Made by a program: the position numbers and the translations under genes. From assembly GCA_963749075.1 (NCBI GenBank), contig CAVVLJ010000016.1, positions 224,001 to 288,000 on the forward strand: a stretch of 64,000 nt of DNA, read 5' to 3'. Within the stretch, counting starts at the first letter, position 1. The number at the start of each line of letters is the position of its first letter. The notes beneath the pieces are model-generated. The model was not told the origin of the DNA. It made no database searches and saw only the letters and a program-made list of their open reading frames with translations. Below are positions 28,630 through 37,756 of this stretch, one piece after another. The stretch comes from an uncultured Pseudomonadota bacterium. GTDB taxonomy: Bacteria > Pseudomonadota > Alphaproteobacteria > JACZXZ01.

Positions 28630-30097
28630 GCGCGTTCTTGGGATTGAGCCGGCCGGGCAGGCCTAAGGCGACTGCGAGGGCGATGAGCGAGAGGAGGGCG
28701 GCCACCAGGAAGACGCCGTGGAGCGCTGCCGCCATCGCCTGGACGACGCGGCCGAGGGTCGCCGGATCGATGGCGCTGCGGCTCGCCGGCTCCAGCATGC
28801 GGTCGACGATGGCGGTGTCGATGCCGGCACGCCGCCCGACGCCGTAGTTGAGCATGGCGCCGAACACGGCAGCACCCATCGCTTGGCCGGCCATGCGCAT
28901 GAAGATGTTGCCCGAGGTGGCGGCGCCCCGCTCGTGCCAGCCGACGCTCGTCTGCACCGCGACCACGTAGGTCGAGTTGGTGAAGCCCATGCCGAAGCCG
29001 ACGAGAAAGACGCCGGCGGTGGCGAAGGCAGCGCTCCGCTCGGGCGTCAGCATGGCGAGCACCGAGCTCCCCAAGACGAGGGTGAGCGAGCCCAGGACCG
29101 CGGTGAGGCGGAACGAGCGCGCCACCATGAGACGTCCGCCGAGCGCACTGGCAAGCGGCCAGCTGATCGACATGGAGGCGACCGCGAGGCCGGCCGCTGC
29201 CGGCGTGCCGCCGATGACGCCCTGCACGTAGGTGGGCACGAAGCTGGCGGCGCCGATCATCACCGCCCCGGTGAAGAGCTGGCCGAGGTTGCCCGTGGCG
29301 ATCACCCGCTGCCTCCATAAGGCGAGCGGCATGATCGGCTCGAGCACGCGGCGCTCGACGCGGAAGAAGAAGGCGAGGAGGCCTCCGGCCGCGAGGACGA
29401 GAGCGGCGACGAGGAGCGGCGGCAGGCTGACGCCCTGGATGAGGGCCAGCATGAGCGCCGTCGTCCCGGCCATGAGGAGAGCGGCCCCGAGATAGTCGAC
29501 GTCATGGCGCTCGAGGGGCTTCTCCTCGTCGAAGAAGACGGCGAGGAGGATCAAGGCCGCGGCGCCGACCGGCAGGTTGATCCAGAACACGAACGACCAG
29601 CTCACATGCTCGACGAAGAAGGCGCCGAGCGCCGGCCCGATGACCGCCGCAGTGCCCCATGCCGCAGCCAAGTAGCCCTGCACCCGCGCGCGCTCCTCGG
29701 GCCCGTAGATGTCGCCCACGATCGTGGTGGCGACCGGCTGGATGCTGCCGGCGCCCAGGCCCTGGAGCGCCCGGAAGACGACGAGCCAGAGCATGCTCGG
29801 CGCCAGGCCCGCCAGCGTCGAGCCGGCGAGGAACAGCGCCGTGCCGGCGTAAAGCGCCGGCTTGCGGCCGAAGACGTCGGCAAGCTTGCCGTAGATCGGC
29901 GCCGAGGCGGCCTGGGTCAGGAGATAGATGGCGAACACCCAGCTGAAGAGCTGGAAGCCGCCCAGGCTGGCCACGATGCTCGGCATCGCCGTCGCGACGA
30001 TGGTGGCTTCGACCGCCGCCATGAACATGGCCAGCATGACGGCGAGGAGGACCAGCGGGCGGCGGTCGGTGGGCTTGCTCGAATGACGCTCGCTCAA
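28607..30097 (-). CDS. MFS transporter, DHA2/EmrB-QacA-like
   Basis: EATIVATAMP, YGKLADVFGRK, RALQGLG, FWINLPVG; many TM segments. Confidence 0.92.
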   Translation of the reverse strand: MSERHSSKPTDRRPLVLLAVMLAMFMAAVEATIVATAMPSIVASLGGFQLFSWVFAIYLLTQAASAPIYGKLADVFGRKPALYAGTALFLAGSTLAGLAPSMLWLVVFRALQGLGAGSIQPVATTIVGDIYGPEERARVQGYLAAAWGTAAVIGPALGAFFVEHVSWSFVFWINLPVGAAALILLAVFFDEEKPLERHDVDYLGAALLMAGTTALMLALIQGVSLPPLLVAALVLAAGGLLAFFFRVERRVLEPIMPLALWRQRVIATGNLGQLFTGAVMIGAASFVPTYVQGVIGGTPAAAGLAVASMSISWPLASALGGRLMVARSFRLTAVLGSLTLVLGSSVLAMLTPERSAAFATAGVFLVGFGMGFTNSTYVVAVQTSVGWHERGAATSGNIFMRMAGQAMGAAVFGAMLNYGVGRRAGIDTAIVDRMLEPASRSAIDPATLGRVVQAMAAALHGVFLVAALLSLIALAVALGLPGRLNPKNALKAKEAA

Positions 30098-30479
30098 AGC
30101 TCCCCTCGGGCTCCCCTCGGGCTCCCCACCGCCGGACGCGGCGGTCGCTCCTGCTCAAGCCATCAAGCCATTACGGCAGCGCGACGCCTTCCGCAAGCGG
30201 CGGCCCGCCGGATCTTGCCCTCCATCATTACTTGTGGCGGAAAAGACGAAGAGCAGCCTTGAAATCGACGAATTATTGTATTCTAAGGAGCGTGTGCTGT
30301 GTTGACGGCGCGGAATGCTGAGGGCTCGGCGCCGCATTGCTGCGGCGGGGCTGCGCCGCATTCCGTCCCGACATGGCAGGGATGCAGGAACGCCGATCGG
30401 GCGAGGCGGGGCATCCGGTGCAGGGGGCCTTGGCGCTGAGGCATCCAGGCGCCGGGGCGGCGCCCTCGCAATTGGGCCA

Positions 30480-32406
30480 ATGCCGAACCGTCGAGCTCTT
30501 CTTCGTGGCATGATCCGGCTTCGCCGGGCCATCGCCAACGACCAGCTGCTCCTCATCCTGATCGCGCTCGTGATCGGCCTGCTCGGCGTTGCGGGCGTCA
30601 TCGCGTTCCGCGGCCTCATCAGCCTCATCCAGCTGGCCGCCCTCGGCTTCGACTCGGCGCACGTGCTTGATTTCGCGCGCACCATCCCGTGGTGGCGCAT
30701 CCTCCTGGCGCCGACCTTGGGCGGCCTCTTGATCGGCCTCTTCGTGCGCTATTTCGTGCCTGGCCGCCGGGCCCAGGGCGTGCCCGACGTGATGGAGGCG
30801 GCAGCGCTCCGCGGCGGCCGCCTCTCGCTCAGGACCACGCTTGCGGGTGCGGTCGCCAATGCCGCCTCGATCGGGGTCGGCGGCTCGGTCGGCCGCGAGG
30901 GCGCCGTGATCCACCTCGGCGCCACCATGGCCTCCTTTCTCGCCCAGCGCCTGCGCCTGCCGCCCGCCATGATCCGCACCGCCCTTGGCTGCGGCGTTGC
31001 CTCGGCGGTGGCGGCCTCGTTCAACGCGCCCATCGCGGGCGTCTTCTTCGCGCTCGAGGTGGTGATCGGCAACTACGCCATCAGCACCTTCGCCCCGCTC
31101 GTGGTCTCCTCCGTGATCGGCACGGTGATCAGCCGGCTCTACTACGGCGATTTCCCCTCCTTCATCCTGCCCCAGTACCAGATCGTCAGCCCCTGGGAAT
31201 TCTTCGCCTTCGCCCTTCTGGGGCTCATCTGTGCCGTGGTCTCGCTCAGCTTCATGACGTTCCGCCCAGATCGTCGAGCAGGTGGTGGAGCGTCTCCGCA
31301 TCCCGCGCTGGCTGCGCCCGACCTGCGGCGGCCTCCTCCTCGGCCTGATCGCGCTCGTCTTCCCCCACGTCCTCGGCGTCGGCTACGATTCGATCGACCA
31401 GGCGCTCTTCGGCACCATCCCGCTCTGGCTCATGATCGCACTCGTGGTGGCCAAGACGGCGGCGACCTCGATCTGCATCGGCACCGGCTTCGGCGGCGGC
31501 GACTTCAGCGCCTCGCTCTTCCTCGGCGCCATGACCGGCGGCTCCGTGGGGCTCGTTGCCGCCCACGCCTTCCCCGATCTCGCCTCGAGCCACGGCGCCT
31601 ATTCGCTCGTCGGCATGGGGGCGGTGGCAGGGCCGGTCTTGGGAGCCCCCATCACCACCATCCTCATCATCTTCGAGATGACCGGCGACTACGCCATGAC
31701 GCTGGCCGTGATGATCGCCGTGGTGATCTCCTCCCTCATCGTGGCCGAGACCTTCGGGCGCTCCATGTACATGATGAAGCTCGAGCACCGCGGCATCAAC
31801 TTGAAGGGCGGCCGCGAGGTGAGCATCTTCAGCTCGATCCCGGTCGCCGACCTCATGCGCCGCGCCTACAGCTCAGTACCTCCCGAGGCGCCGATGGCCA
31901 CCGTCATCGAGGCGCTGCGCACCGCCCCCTTCGGCCTCGTCTTCGTGGTCGACCACGAGGGGAGGCTCTGCGGCCAGATCAGCGTCGCCGATCTCGCCCC
32001 CATGGCCGACAGCGTGATCCCGGGCGGCGTGCCGGTCATCGCCGCCGACATGGCCGATCCGAAACCGCTCTTCCTCGAAGCCGGCGACGATCCGCGCCGC
32101 GCCATCCGCCTCATGGAGGCGCGCATGGGAAGCCATCTGCCGGTGGTGCGCGACAAGGCGAGCATGCGCATGGTGGGTGTCGTCGACGTGCACGAGCTCG
32201 TGCTCGCCTACCACAAGGCCCTCCTCGAGGCGCGCGCCGAGGAGCGCGGCGAGGGGCAGAAGCGCAGGTTCGTGCCGCGGCGGCACCATGCGCCCAAGGC
32301 CCAGCCGGCCGCGAAGAGCGAGCAGAAGGCCGAGAAGAAGGTCGAGAAGAAGGCCGCCGCGGAAGCCGCGGCCGACGGCAAGCTCCACCCTGCCAAGACC
32401 GCCTGA
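30480..32406 (+). pseudogene. ClC chloride channel/antiporter with CBS domains, split by a +1 frameshift
   Basis: GGSVGREG, FNAPIAGVFFALE, GVGY, GFGGGDFS, LGAPITT..FEMTGDY; removing one T at 31260 joins frames (FMTSAQIVEQVVERLRIP). Confidence 0.85.
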
Positions 32407-32464
32407 GGCCGATCTCCCGGCGCTGGCGTCCATCGGGGACCGCCCGAGGGGAGCCGGCGTGGCG

Positions 32465-32560
32465 TTTAATACATATTAAATATGTATTATTAAAATGATT
32501 GACTATATTTATTGGCAGTACTAGTTTGATATTTCACGTCGCATTTCGAGATAATTAACT
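32465..32560. promoter_or_regulatory. AT-rich control region with perfect palindrome upstream of cysG
   Basis: TAATACATATT-A-AATATGTATTA (32467-32489) within the most AT-rich patch of the window. Confidence 0.6.
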
Positions 32561-32652
32561 CGGCAGAGCCGCTAAATACCAGCACACATACGTTGTTATC
32601 TGCGCATGCGCCGGTTTGACGGCGCCGACGGGGAGCAGCCGGAGCCGAGCCC

Positions 32653-34053
32653 ATGGATGTCTATCCCCTCTTTCTCAAGATTGCCGGCCGGCCCTGCCTT
32701 CTTGTCGGCGGCGGTGCCGCGGCCGAGCGCAAGGCCGAGCTCCTGATGCGCGCGGGGGCGAGGCTCACCATCGTTGCCGAGCGCTTGACGCCGGGGCTCG
32801 CCCGCGCGGCCGGGGCGGGGCGACTGCGGCATCTCGCGGCGCCGCTTGGCCCTGAGCAGTTCCGTGGCCAGGCCCTGGTCGTGGTGGCAAGCGAGGACGA
32901 GGCGCTCGCGCGAGAGGCCTCGGTGCTCGCGCATGGCGCCGGCGTGCCGGTCAATGTGGTCGACCGGCCGGAGCTTTCCACGTGCATTGCCGGTGCCGTT
33001 GTCGACCGCTCGCCCGTGCTCGTCGCGATCACCACGGGCGGTGCGGCGCCCGTGCTGGCGCGCGAGCTGCGCCTTGCCATCGAGCGCTTGCTGCCGCCGT
33101 CGCTCGGCCGGCTCGCCGCCTTCGCCGAGCGCTTCCGTGCCGCCGCCAAGGCAGCGCTCCCGAGCCCGCGCGCGCGCCGGCGCTTCTGGGAGCGCTTCTT
33201 CGCAAGCGCTCTCGCCAAGGCCGTGCTGGCGGGCGACGAGGCCGGCGCGCAGGCCGCCATGGTGGCCCGCGTCAACCGCGGCGAGATGCGCGGGGAGGAT
33301 GTCGGGATCGTCCATCTCGTGGGCGCCGGACCGGGCGATCCCGAGCTCTTGACGCTGCGCGCCCATCGCCTGCTCGCCGAGGCGGATACGATCGTCTATG
33401 ACCGCCTCGTCGATCCGGCCGTGCTCGAGCTTGGCCGCCGCGACGCCGAGCGCATCCATGTCGGCAAGGCGGCGGGCCGCCACAGCCTCAGCCAGGACGA
33501 GATCAACGCGCTCCTCGCGCGCCTCGCCTCCCAAGGCAAGCGCGTGGTGCGGCTCAAGGGCGGCGATCCCTTCGTCTTTGGCCGCGGCGGCGAGGAGCTC
33601 GAGGCGCTGCGCGCGCGCGGCATCGCGGTTGCGGTGGTGCCGGGCGTCACTGCGGCTCTCGGCTGCGCTGCCGCCGCCGAGATCCCGCTCACCTACCGCG
33701 GACTCGCGAGCGCCGTCACCTTCGTCACCGCCTCCCAGCGCGACGGCGGCGAGCTCGATTGGGCGGCGCTCGCCCGCCTGCCGGGCACGCTCGCCATCTA
33801 TATGGGCGTCTCCCAGGCAGAGAGGATCGCGGAGCGCCTCGTCGCCCACGGCCGCCGCCCCGCGACGCCGGTCGCACTCGTCGAGAACGGCACGCGGCAG
33901 GGGGAGCGCGTCATCGTAGGAAAGCTCGGCGAGCTCGCCGCACTCGTCGAGGCGCACGGCATCGGCGCTCCGGCGCTCATCGTCGTGGGCGAGGTGGTGC
34001 GCTTGGCCAAGCCGGCAGCGCTCCCCGCCTTGCCGCTCGCGGCCAGCGCCTGA
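32653..34053 (+). CDS. cysG: Siroheme synthase
   Basis: LVGGG.AAERK, VNVVDRPE, LVGAGPGDPELLTL, RLKGGDPFVFGRGGEE. Confidence 0.95.
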   Translation: MDVYPLFLKIAGRPCLLVGGGAAAERKAELLMRAGARLTIVAERLTPGLARAAGAGRLRHLAAPLGPEQFRGQALVVVASEDEALAREASVLAHGAGVPVNVVDRPELSTCIAGAVVDRSPVLVAITTGGAAPVLARELRLAIERLLPPSLGRLAAFAERFRAAAKAALPSPRARRRFWERFFASALAKAVLAGDEAGAQAAMVARVNRGEMRGEDVGIVHLVGAGPGDPELLTLRAHRLLAEADTIVYDRLVDPAVLELGRRDAERIHVGKAAGRHSLSQDEINALLARLASQGKRVVRLKGGDPFVFGRGGEELEALRARGIAVAVVPGVTAALGCAAAAEIPLTYRGLASAVTFVTASQRDGGELDWAALARLPGTLAIYMGVSQAERIAERLVAHGRRPATPVALVENGTRQGERVIVGKLGELAALVEAHGIGAPALIVVGEVVRLAKPAALPALPLAASA

Positions 34054-34064
34054 GGAGCATGGTC

Positions 34065-34364
34065 ATGGCGCTCGAGATCGTCATCGCCAACCGCCTCTCG
34101 GACGGCCGCACGGTCTATCTCGCGGGGCACGGCTGGAGCGAGCGCATCGCCGAGGCCGAGACGGCAGCGGATGAGGCGGCGCGCGAGGCGCTCTTGGCGC
34201 GCGGCAAGCGCGCGGCCGCCGCCAACGAGGTCGTCGACCCCTATCTCATCGCGGTCGCCGAGGAGGCGGGCGGGCGCCTACCGTTGCGCCGGCGCGAGCG
34301 CATCCGCAGCCAAGGCCCCACGGTCGCGGCCGGCCAGGAGCAGCGCGAAGAGGAGGTTGCCTGA
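34065..34364 (+). CDS. DUF2849 protein
   Basis: IANRLSDGRTVYL, VVDPYLI, RERIRSQGPTV; SD GAGGAG; typical position before cysI. Confidence 0.88.
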   Translation: MALEIVIANRLSDGRTVYLAGHGWSERIAEAETAADEAAREALLARGKRAAAANEVVDPYLIAVAEEAGGRLPLRRRERIRSQGPTVAAGQEQREEEVA

Positions 34365-34367
34365 GCC

Positions 34368-36023
34368 ATGTATAGCTACGACGAATTCGATCAGCGCCTG
34401 GTCGAGGAGCGCGTCGCCCAGTTCCGCGACCAGGTTGCGCGGCGCCTCTCTGGCGAGCTCAGCGAGGAGGAGTTCAAGCCGCTCCGGCTGATGAACGGGC
34501 TCTACCTGCAGCTCCACTCCTACATGCTGCGCGTCGCCATTCCCTATGGCGTGCTCTCGGCCGTGCAGCTCTGCGCCCTCGCCCGCATCGCGCGGCGCTA
34601 CGACAAGGGCTACGGCCATTTCACCACGCGCCAGAACATCCAGTTCCACTGGGTGGCGCTCTCCGAGGTGCCCGACATCCTGGCCGAGCTCGCAAGCGTC
34701 GGCATGCACGCGATCCAGACGAGCGGCAACAGCCTGCGCAACACCACCGCCGACCATTATGCCGGCGTCGCCGCCGACGAGGCGGCCGACCCGCGCGTCT
34801 ATGCCGAGATCATCCGGCAATGGTCGACGCTCCACCCGGAGTTCTCCTTCCTGCCGCGCAAGTTCAAGATTGCGCTGAGCGCAGGCGAGCGCGACCGCGC
34901 CGCGGTCAAGACCCACGACATCGGCCTTTTCGTGCGCCGCGACGGCGCGGGCAGGCTCGGCTTCGAGGTGCTGGTCGGCGGCGGCCAGGGACGCACGCCG
35001 ATCCTGGCGAAGCGCGTGCGCGAGTTCCTCCCCGAGGCACACCTCCTCTCCTATCTCGAGGCCATCTTGCGCGTCTTCAACGAGCTCGGCCGGCGCGACA
35101 ACCTCTACAAGGCGCGCATCAAGATCCTGGTGCACGAGCTCGGCATCGAGAAGTTCGCCGAGCTCGTCGAGGCCGAGTGGCAGGCGATCAAGGACGGCGC
35201 CCTCAAGCTGCCGGTGGAGGAGATCGAGCGCATCCGCGACCACTTCGCACCGCCCGCCTATGAGGAGATCGCGACACCCGTGGCAGCGCTCGAGGCGAGG
35301 CGGCGCGAGGATGCCGCCTTCGCGCGCTGGCTCAGCCATAACACGGCGGCGCATTTCAAGCCCGGCTACGCAATCGTCAACCTCTCGCTCAAGGCGATCG
35401 GGCAGGTGCCGGGCGACATGAGCGCCGAGCAGATGGACGCCGTGGCGACACTCGTGGAGCGCTATAGCCTGGGCGAGCTCCGCGTCACCCACGAGCAGAA
35501 CCTGACGCTGCCCCACGTCAAGGCCGCCGATCTCCATGCGCTGTGGCAGGCCATCCTGCCGCTTGGCCTCGCCACACCCAACATCGGCCTCGCGAGCGAC
35601 ATCATCGCCTGCCCAGGGCTCGACTATTGCGCGCTCGCCAATGCCCGCTCGATCCCCATAGCCCAGCGCATCTCCGAGCGCCTCGCCAGCCTCGAGCGCC
35701 AGGAGGAGGTGGGCGAGCTGCGCATCAAGATCTCGGGCTGCATCAACGCCTGCGGCCACCACCACGTCGGCCACATCGGCATCCTCGGCGTCGACAAGCA
35801 GGGCGAGGAGTTCTACCAGATGACCCTCGGCGGCCACGCCGAGGCGGACGCCTCGCTCGGCACCATCGTCGGCCCGGCCTTCTCGAGTGCGGACATCGTG
35901 GACGCGGTCGAGCGCGTGGTCGAGGCCTATCTCGGTTTGCGCGAGGGCGGCGAGCGCTTCATCGACACCTACCGCCGCTTGGGTCTCGAGCCCTTCAAGG
36001 AGACGCTCTATGCCGCTCATTAA
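34368..36023 (+). CDS. cysI: Sulfite/nitrite reductase hemoprotein
   Basis: GHFTTRQNIQ, FLPRKFKI, IACPGLDYC, ISGCINACGHHH (siroheme/4Fe-4S Cys). Confidence 0.93.
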   Translation: MYSYDEFDQRLVEERVAQFRDQVARRLSGELSEEEFKPLRLMNGLYLQLHSYMLRVAIPYGVLSAVQLCALARIARRYDKGYGHFTTRQNIQFHWVALSEVPDILAELASVGMHAIQTSGNSLRNTTADHYAGVAADEAADPRVYAEIIRQWSTLHPEFSFLPRKFKIALSAGERDRAAVKTHDIGLFVRRDGAGRLGFEVLVGGGQGRTPILAKRVREFLPEAHLLSYLEAILRVFNELGRRDNLYKARIKILVHELGIEKFAELVEAEWQAIKDGALKLPVEEIERIRDHFAPPAYEEIATPVAALEARRREDAAFARWLSHNTAAHFKPGYAIVNLSLKAIGQVPGDMSAEQMDAVATLVERYSLGELRVTHEQNLTLPHVKAADLHALWQAILPLGLATPNIGLASDIIACPGLDYCALANARSIPIAQRISERLASLERQEEVGELRIKISGCINACGHHHVGHIGILGVDKQGEEFYQMTLGGHAEADASLGTIVGPAFSSADIVDAVERVVEAYLGLREGGERFIDTYRRLGLEPFKETLYAAH

Positions 36024-36549
36024 GGCGGGCAAGCTGGCGGACGATCCCTGGCGCCTCCTCGCCGACGACGAGGCAGCGCCCGCCGAGGGGCCCATCGTCG
36101 TCGGCCTCGAGCGCTTCAGGCGCGAGCAGAACGCGCTTCTCGCCCGCGAGGGCCCGCTCGGCATCCGCCTCAAGGCGGGCCAGCACCCGCGAGCGATCGC
36201 CGAGAACGTGCAGCGCTTCGCCCTCATCGCACTCGAGTTCGCCAAATTCACCGACGGGCGCGCCTATTCCTACGCGCGGACTTTGCGCGAGCGCTACGGC
36301 TACCGCGGCGAGCTGCGCGCCGTGGGCCATGTCCTGCGCGACCAGCTTCTCTTCATGCAGCGCTGCGGCTTCGATTCTTTCGAGCTCGCGCGCGCCGACG
36401 CCGCCGAGGCTTTCGCCAAGGCGCTCGCCGAGTTGAGCGTGTGGTACCAGCCGGCGGCGGACGGGCGCGCGACGGCCGAAACGCTCCGGCGATCTCCCTC
36501 TCCTCCTTTAGGAGGAGAGGGTCGGGGTGAGGAGGCGCGCCCGCGCTAA
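36010..36549 (+). CDS. DUF934 protein
   Basis: FAKFTDGRAYSYAR.LR, GELRAVGHVLRDQL.FM.RCGFDSF. Confidence 0.9.
   Translation: MPLIKAGKLADDPWRLLADDEAAPAEGPIVVGLERFRREQNALLAREGPLGIRLKAGQHPRAIAENVQRFALIALEFAKFTDGRAYSYARTLRERYGYRGELRAVGHVLRDQLLFMQRCGFDSFELARADAAEAFAKALAELSVWYQPAADGRATAETLRRSPSPPLGGEGRGEEARPR
36496..36535. repeat. Single REP unit inside the 3' end of the DUF934 gene
   Basis: CCCTCTCCTCCTTTAGGAGGAGAGGGTCGGGGTGAGGAGG. Confidence 0.85.
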
Positions 36550-36920
36550 GCCGCGGAGCGCGTCTCATAGCGTTGCACCAGCACCTCGGCCGGAATCTGC
36601 AAGAGCTCGCTCAGGGCGCGGACCATGGGCAAGGTCAGCGGGCGTCTGCGGTTGAGGATTTCCGACACGCGCCCGCGGCTGCCGATCGCCGGCTCGAGAT
36701 CGCGGCGGGAGAGCCCCTTCTGCTCCATCATGAACTCGACCGCCGCGATCGGGTCAGGCGGGGCGATCGGAAAATGCTCGGCCTCGTAGGCCTCGATGAG
36801 GGTGACCAGCACGTCCGCGCGGTCGCCCTCCGGCGTGCCCGGCTCGGCATCCCAAAAGCGCTCGGCTTCCTTGAGAGCGGCACGGTGGTCGGCCTTCGTC
36901 CTGATGGGACGGATTTCCAT
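36546..36920 (-). CDS. HigA-like HTH antitoxin, orphan
   Basis: MEIRPIRTKAD..AL, LVTLIEAYE, PDPIAAVEF.MEQ.GL, GSRGRVSEILNRRRPLTL.M. Confidence 0.9.
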   Translation of the reverse strand: MEIRPIRTKADHRAALKEAERFWDAEPGTPEGDRADVLVTLIEAYEAEHFPIAPPDPIAAVEFMMEQKGLSRRDLEPAIGSRGRVSEILNRRRPLTLPMVRALSELLQIPAEVLVQRYETRSAA

Positions 36921-36932
36921 GACGAGCGCTCC

Positions 36933-36974
36933 TCACACTCTCTTCGCGTCGACTCAATCGTATTCCCTGTGGGA
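36933..36974 (-). pseudogene. HigB toxin C-terminal remnant
   Basis: Minus strand reads S H R E Y D * V D A K R V *, matching the HigB C-terminus pattern (G.H.EYD..DA..V) with an internal TGA at 36954-36956. Confidence 0.7.
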
Positions 36975-36988
36975 GACACACGCGCGTG

Positions 36989-37017
36989 TTGACAGAGGAA
37001 AATCATAGCGATAACCT
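36989..37017 (+). promoter_or_regulatory. sigma70 promoter of riboswitch-rhodanese-metZ transcript
   Basis: TTGACA-N17-TAACCT; TSS ~37024, at the start of the first SAM-II aptamer. Confidence 0.75.
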
Positions 37018-37024
37018 GCGCTCA

Positions 37025-37078
37025 TCGCGCCGATTTGAGTTCAGCTTGCGGGCGCGGAAAAAATGCCGCTAAAGCGAC
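37025..37078 (+). ncRNA. SAM-II (SAM_alpha) riboswitch, copy 1
   Basis: CGCGCC-GATTTG-AGTTCA-GCTTGC-GGGCGCG-GAAAAAATGCC-GCTAAAG: P1 stem plus GATTT, TTGC and GCTAAA motifs; upstream of metZ. Confidence 0.88.
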
Positions 37079-37084
37079 GGGACG

Positions 37085-37119
37085 ACCGCCCGGCGGCAGC
37101 GCTGCGGCGGTTTTTTGTT
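37085..37119 (+). terminator. Intrinsic terminator between the two SAM-II aptamers
   Basis: ACCGCC-CGGCG-GCAG-CGCTG-C-GGCGGT followed by TTTTTGTT. Confidence 0.75.
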
Positions 37120-37145
37120 GGGCCTGGTCCGGGCCGTGTCCGGAC

Positions 37146-37196
37146 CCGCGGGATTTGACGGGCAGCTTGCGCCGCGTGTTCCACCGCTAAAGCGCC
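37146..37196 (+). ncRNA. SAM-II (SAM_alpha) riboswitch, copy 2
   Basis: CGCGG-GATTTG-ACGGGCA-GCTTGC-G-CCGCG-TGTTCCACC-GCTAAAG. Confidence 0.8.
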
Positions 37197-37248
37197 ACGG
37201 GGATGACCTCCGTGGGCCCGTGTAACCCAAGTGAAGGAGGGCATCCGC

Positions 37249-37317
37249 ATGTCTCCGCTGCTCCATACTCCGCAATACCCGTCTCAGTCTCCTCTCGCGG
37301 GGAGGGCCGTGCGATGA
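37249..37317 (+). CDS. Putative 22-aa leader peptide (MSPLLHTPQYPSQSPLAGRAVR)
   Basis: Strong SD GAAGGAGG 8 nt before ATG; its TGA overlaps the rhodanese ATG (ATGA). Confidence 0.5.
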   Translation: MSPLLHTPQYPSQSPLAGRAVR

Positions 37318-37739
37318 GCGGAGAGGCTTACGCCGGCGACGTCGACGCACTCCGCGCCTGGGAGATCCTCAAGGACGATGCGAAGGCGGTCCTGGTCGAC
37401 GTGCGCACCAGGCCCGAGTGCCGCTACGTCGGCCATCCCGACTTGAAGGCGCTCGGCCGCGAGCCGGTCTTCGTCGAGTGGCAGGCCTATCCCGACCTCG
37501 CGCACAACCAGCGCTTTGCCGACGAGCTCGCCGAGAAGGGCGTCGCCAAGGACGCGACACTCCTCCTCCTCTGCCGCTCGGGCGGGCGCTCCAAGTCCGC
37601 GGCCATCCTCCTGACCAAGCTCGGCTACCGCTGCTGCTACAACGTGGCCGACGGCTTCGAGGGGGCCAAGGACGGCCAAGGCCACCGCGGCGTCAGCGGC
37701 GGCTGGAAGGCCGCGGGCCTGCCCTGGCAGCAGGACTGA
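37314..37739 (+). CDS. Rhodanese-like sulfurtransferase
   Basis: YAGDV, LVDVRT.PE..YVG.P, LCRSGGRS active loop, NVADGFEG, GWKAAGLPW. Confidence 0.92.
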   Translation: MSGEAYAGDVDALRAWEILKDDAKAVLVDVRTRPECRYVGHPDLKALGREPVFVEWQAYPDLAHNQRFADELAEKGVAKDATLLLLCRSGGRSKSAAILLTKLGYRCCYNVADGFEGAKDGQGHRGVSGGWKAAGLPWQQD

Positions 37740-37756
37740 GCCCGGGGGGCACCACG

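Noticed and set aside
30315-32498. 727-aa ORF as a ClC with a novel Arg-rich tail
   Set aside because: The tail results from the frameshift at 31260; the real C-terminus is in frame 31282..32406.
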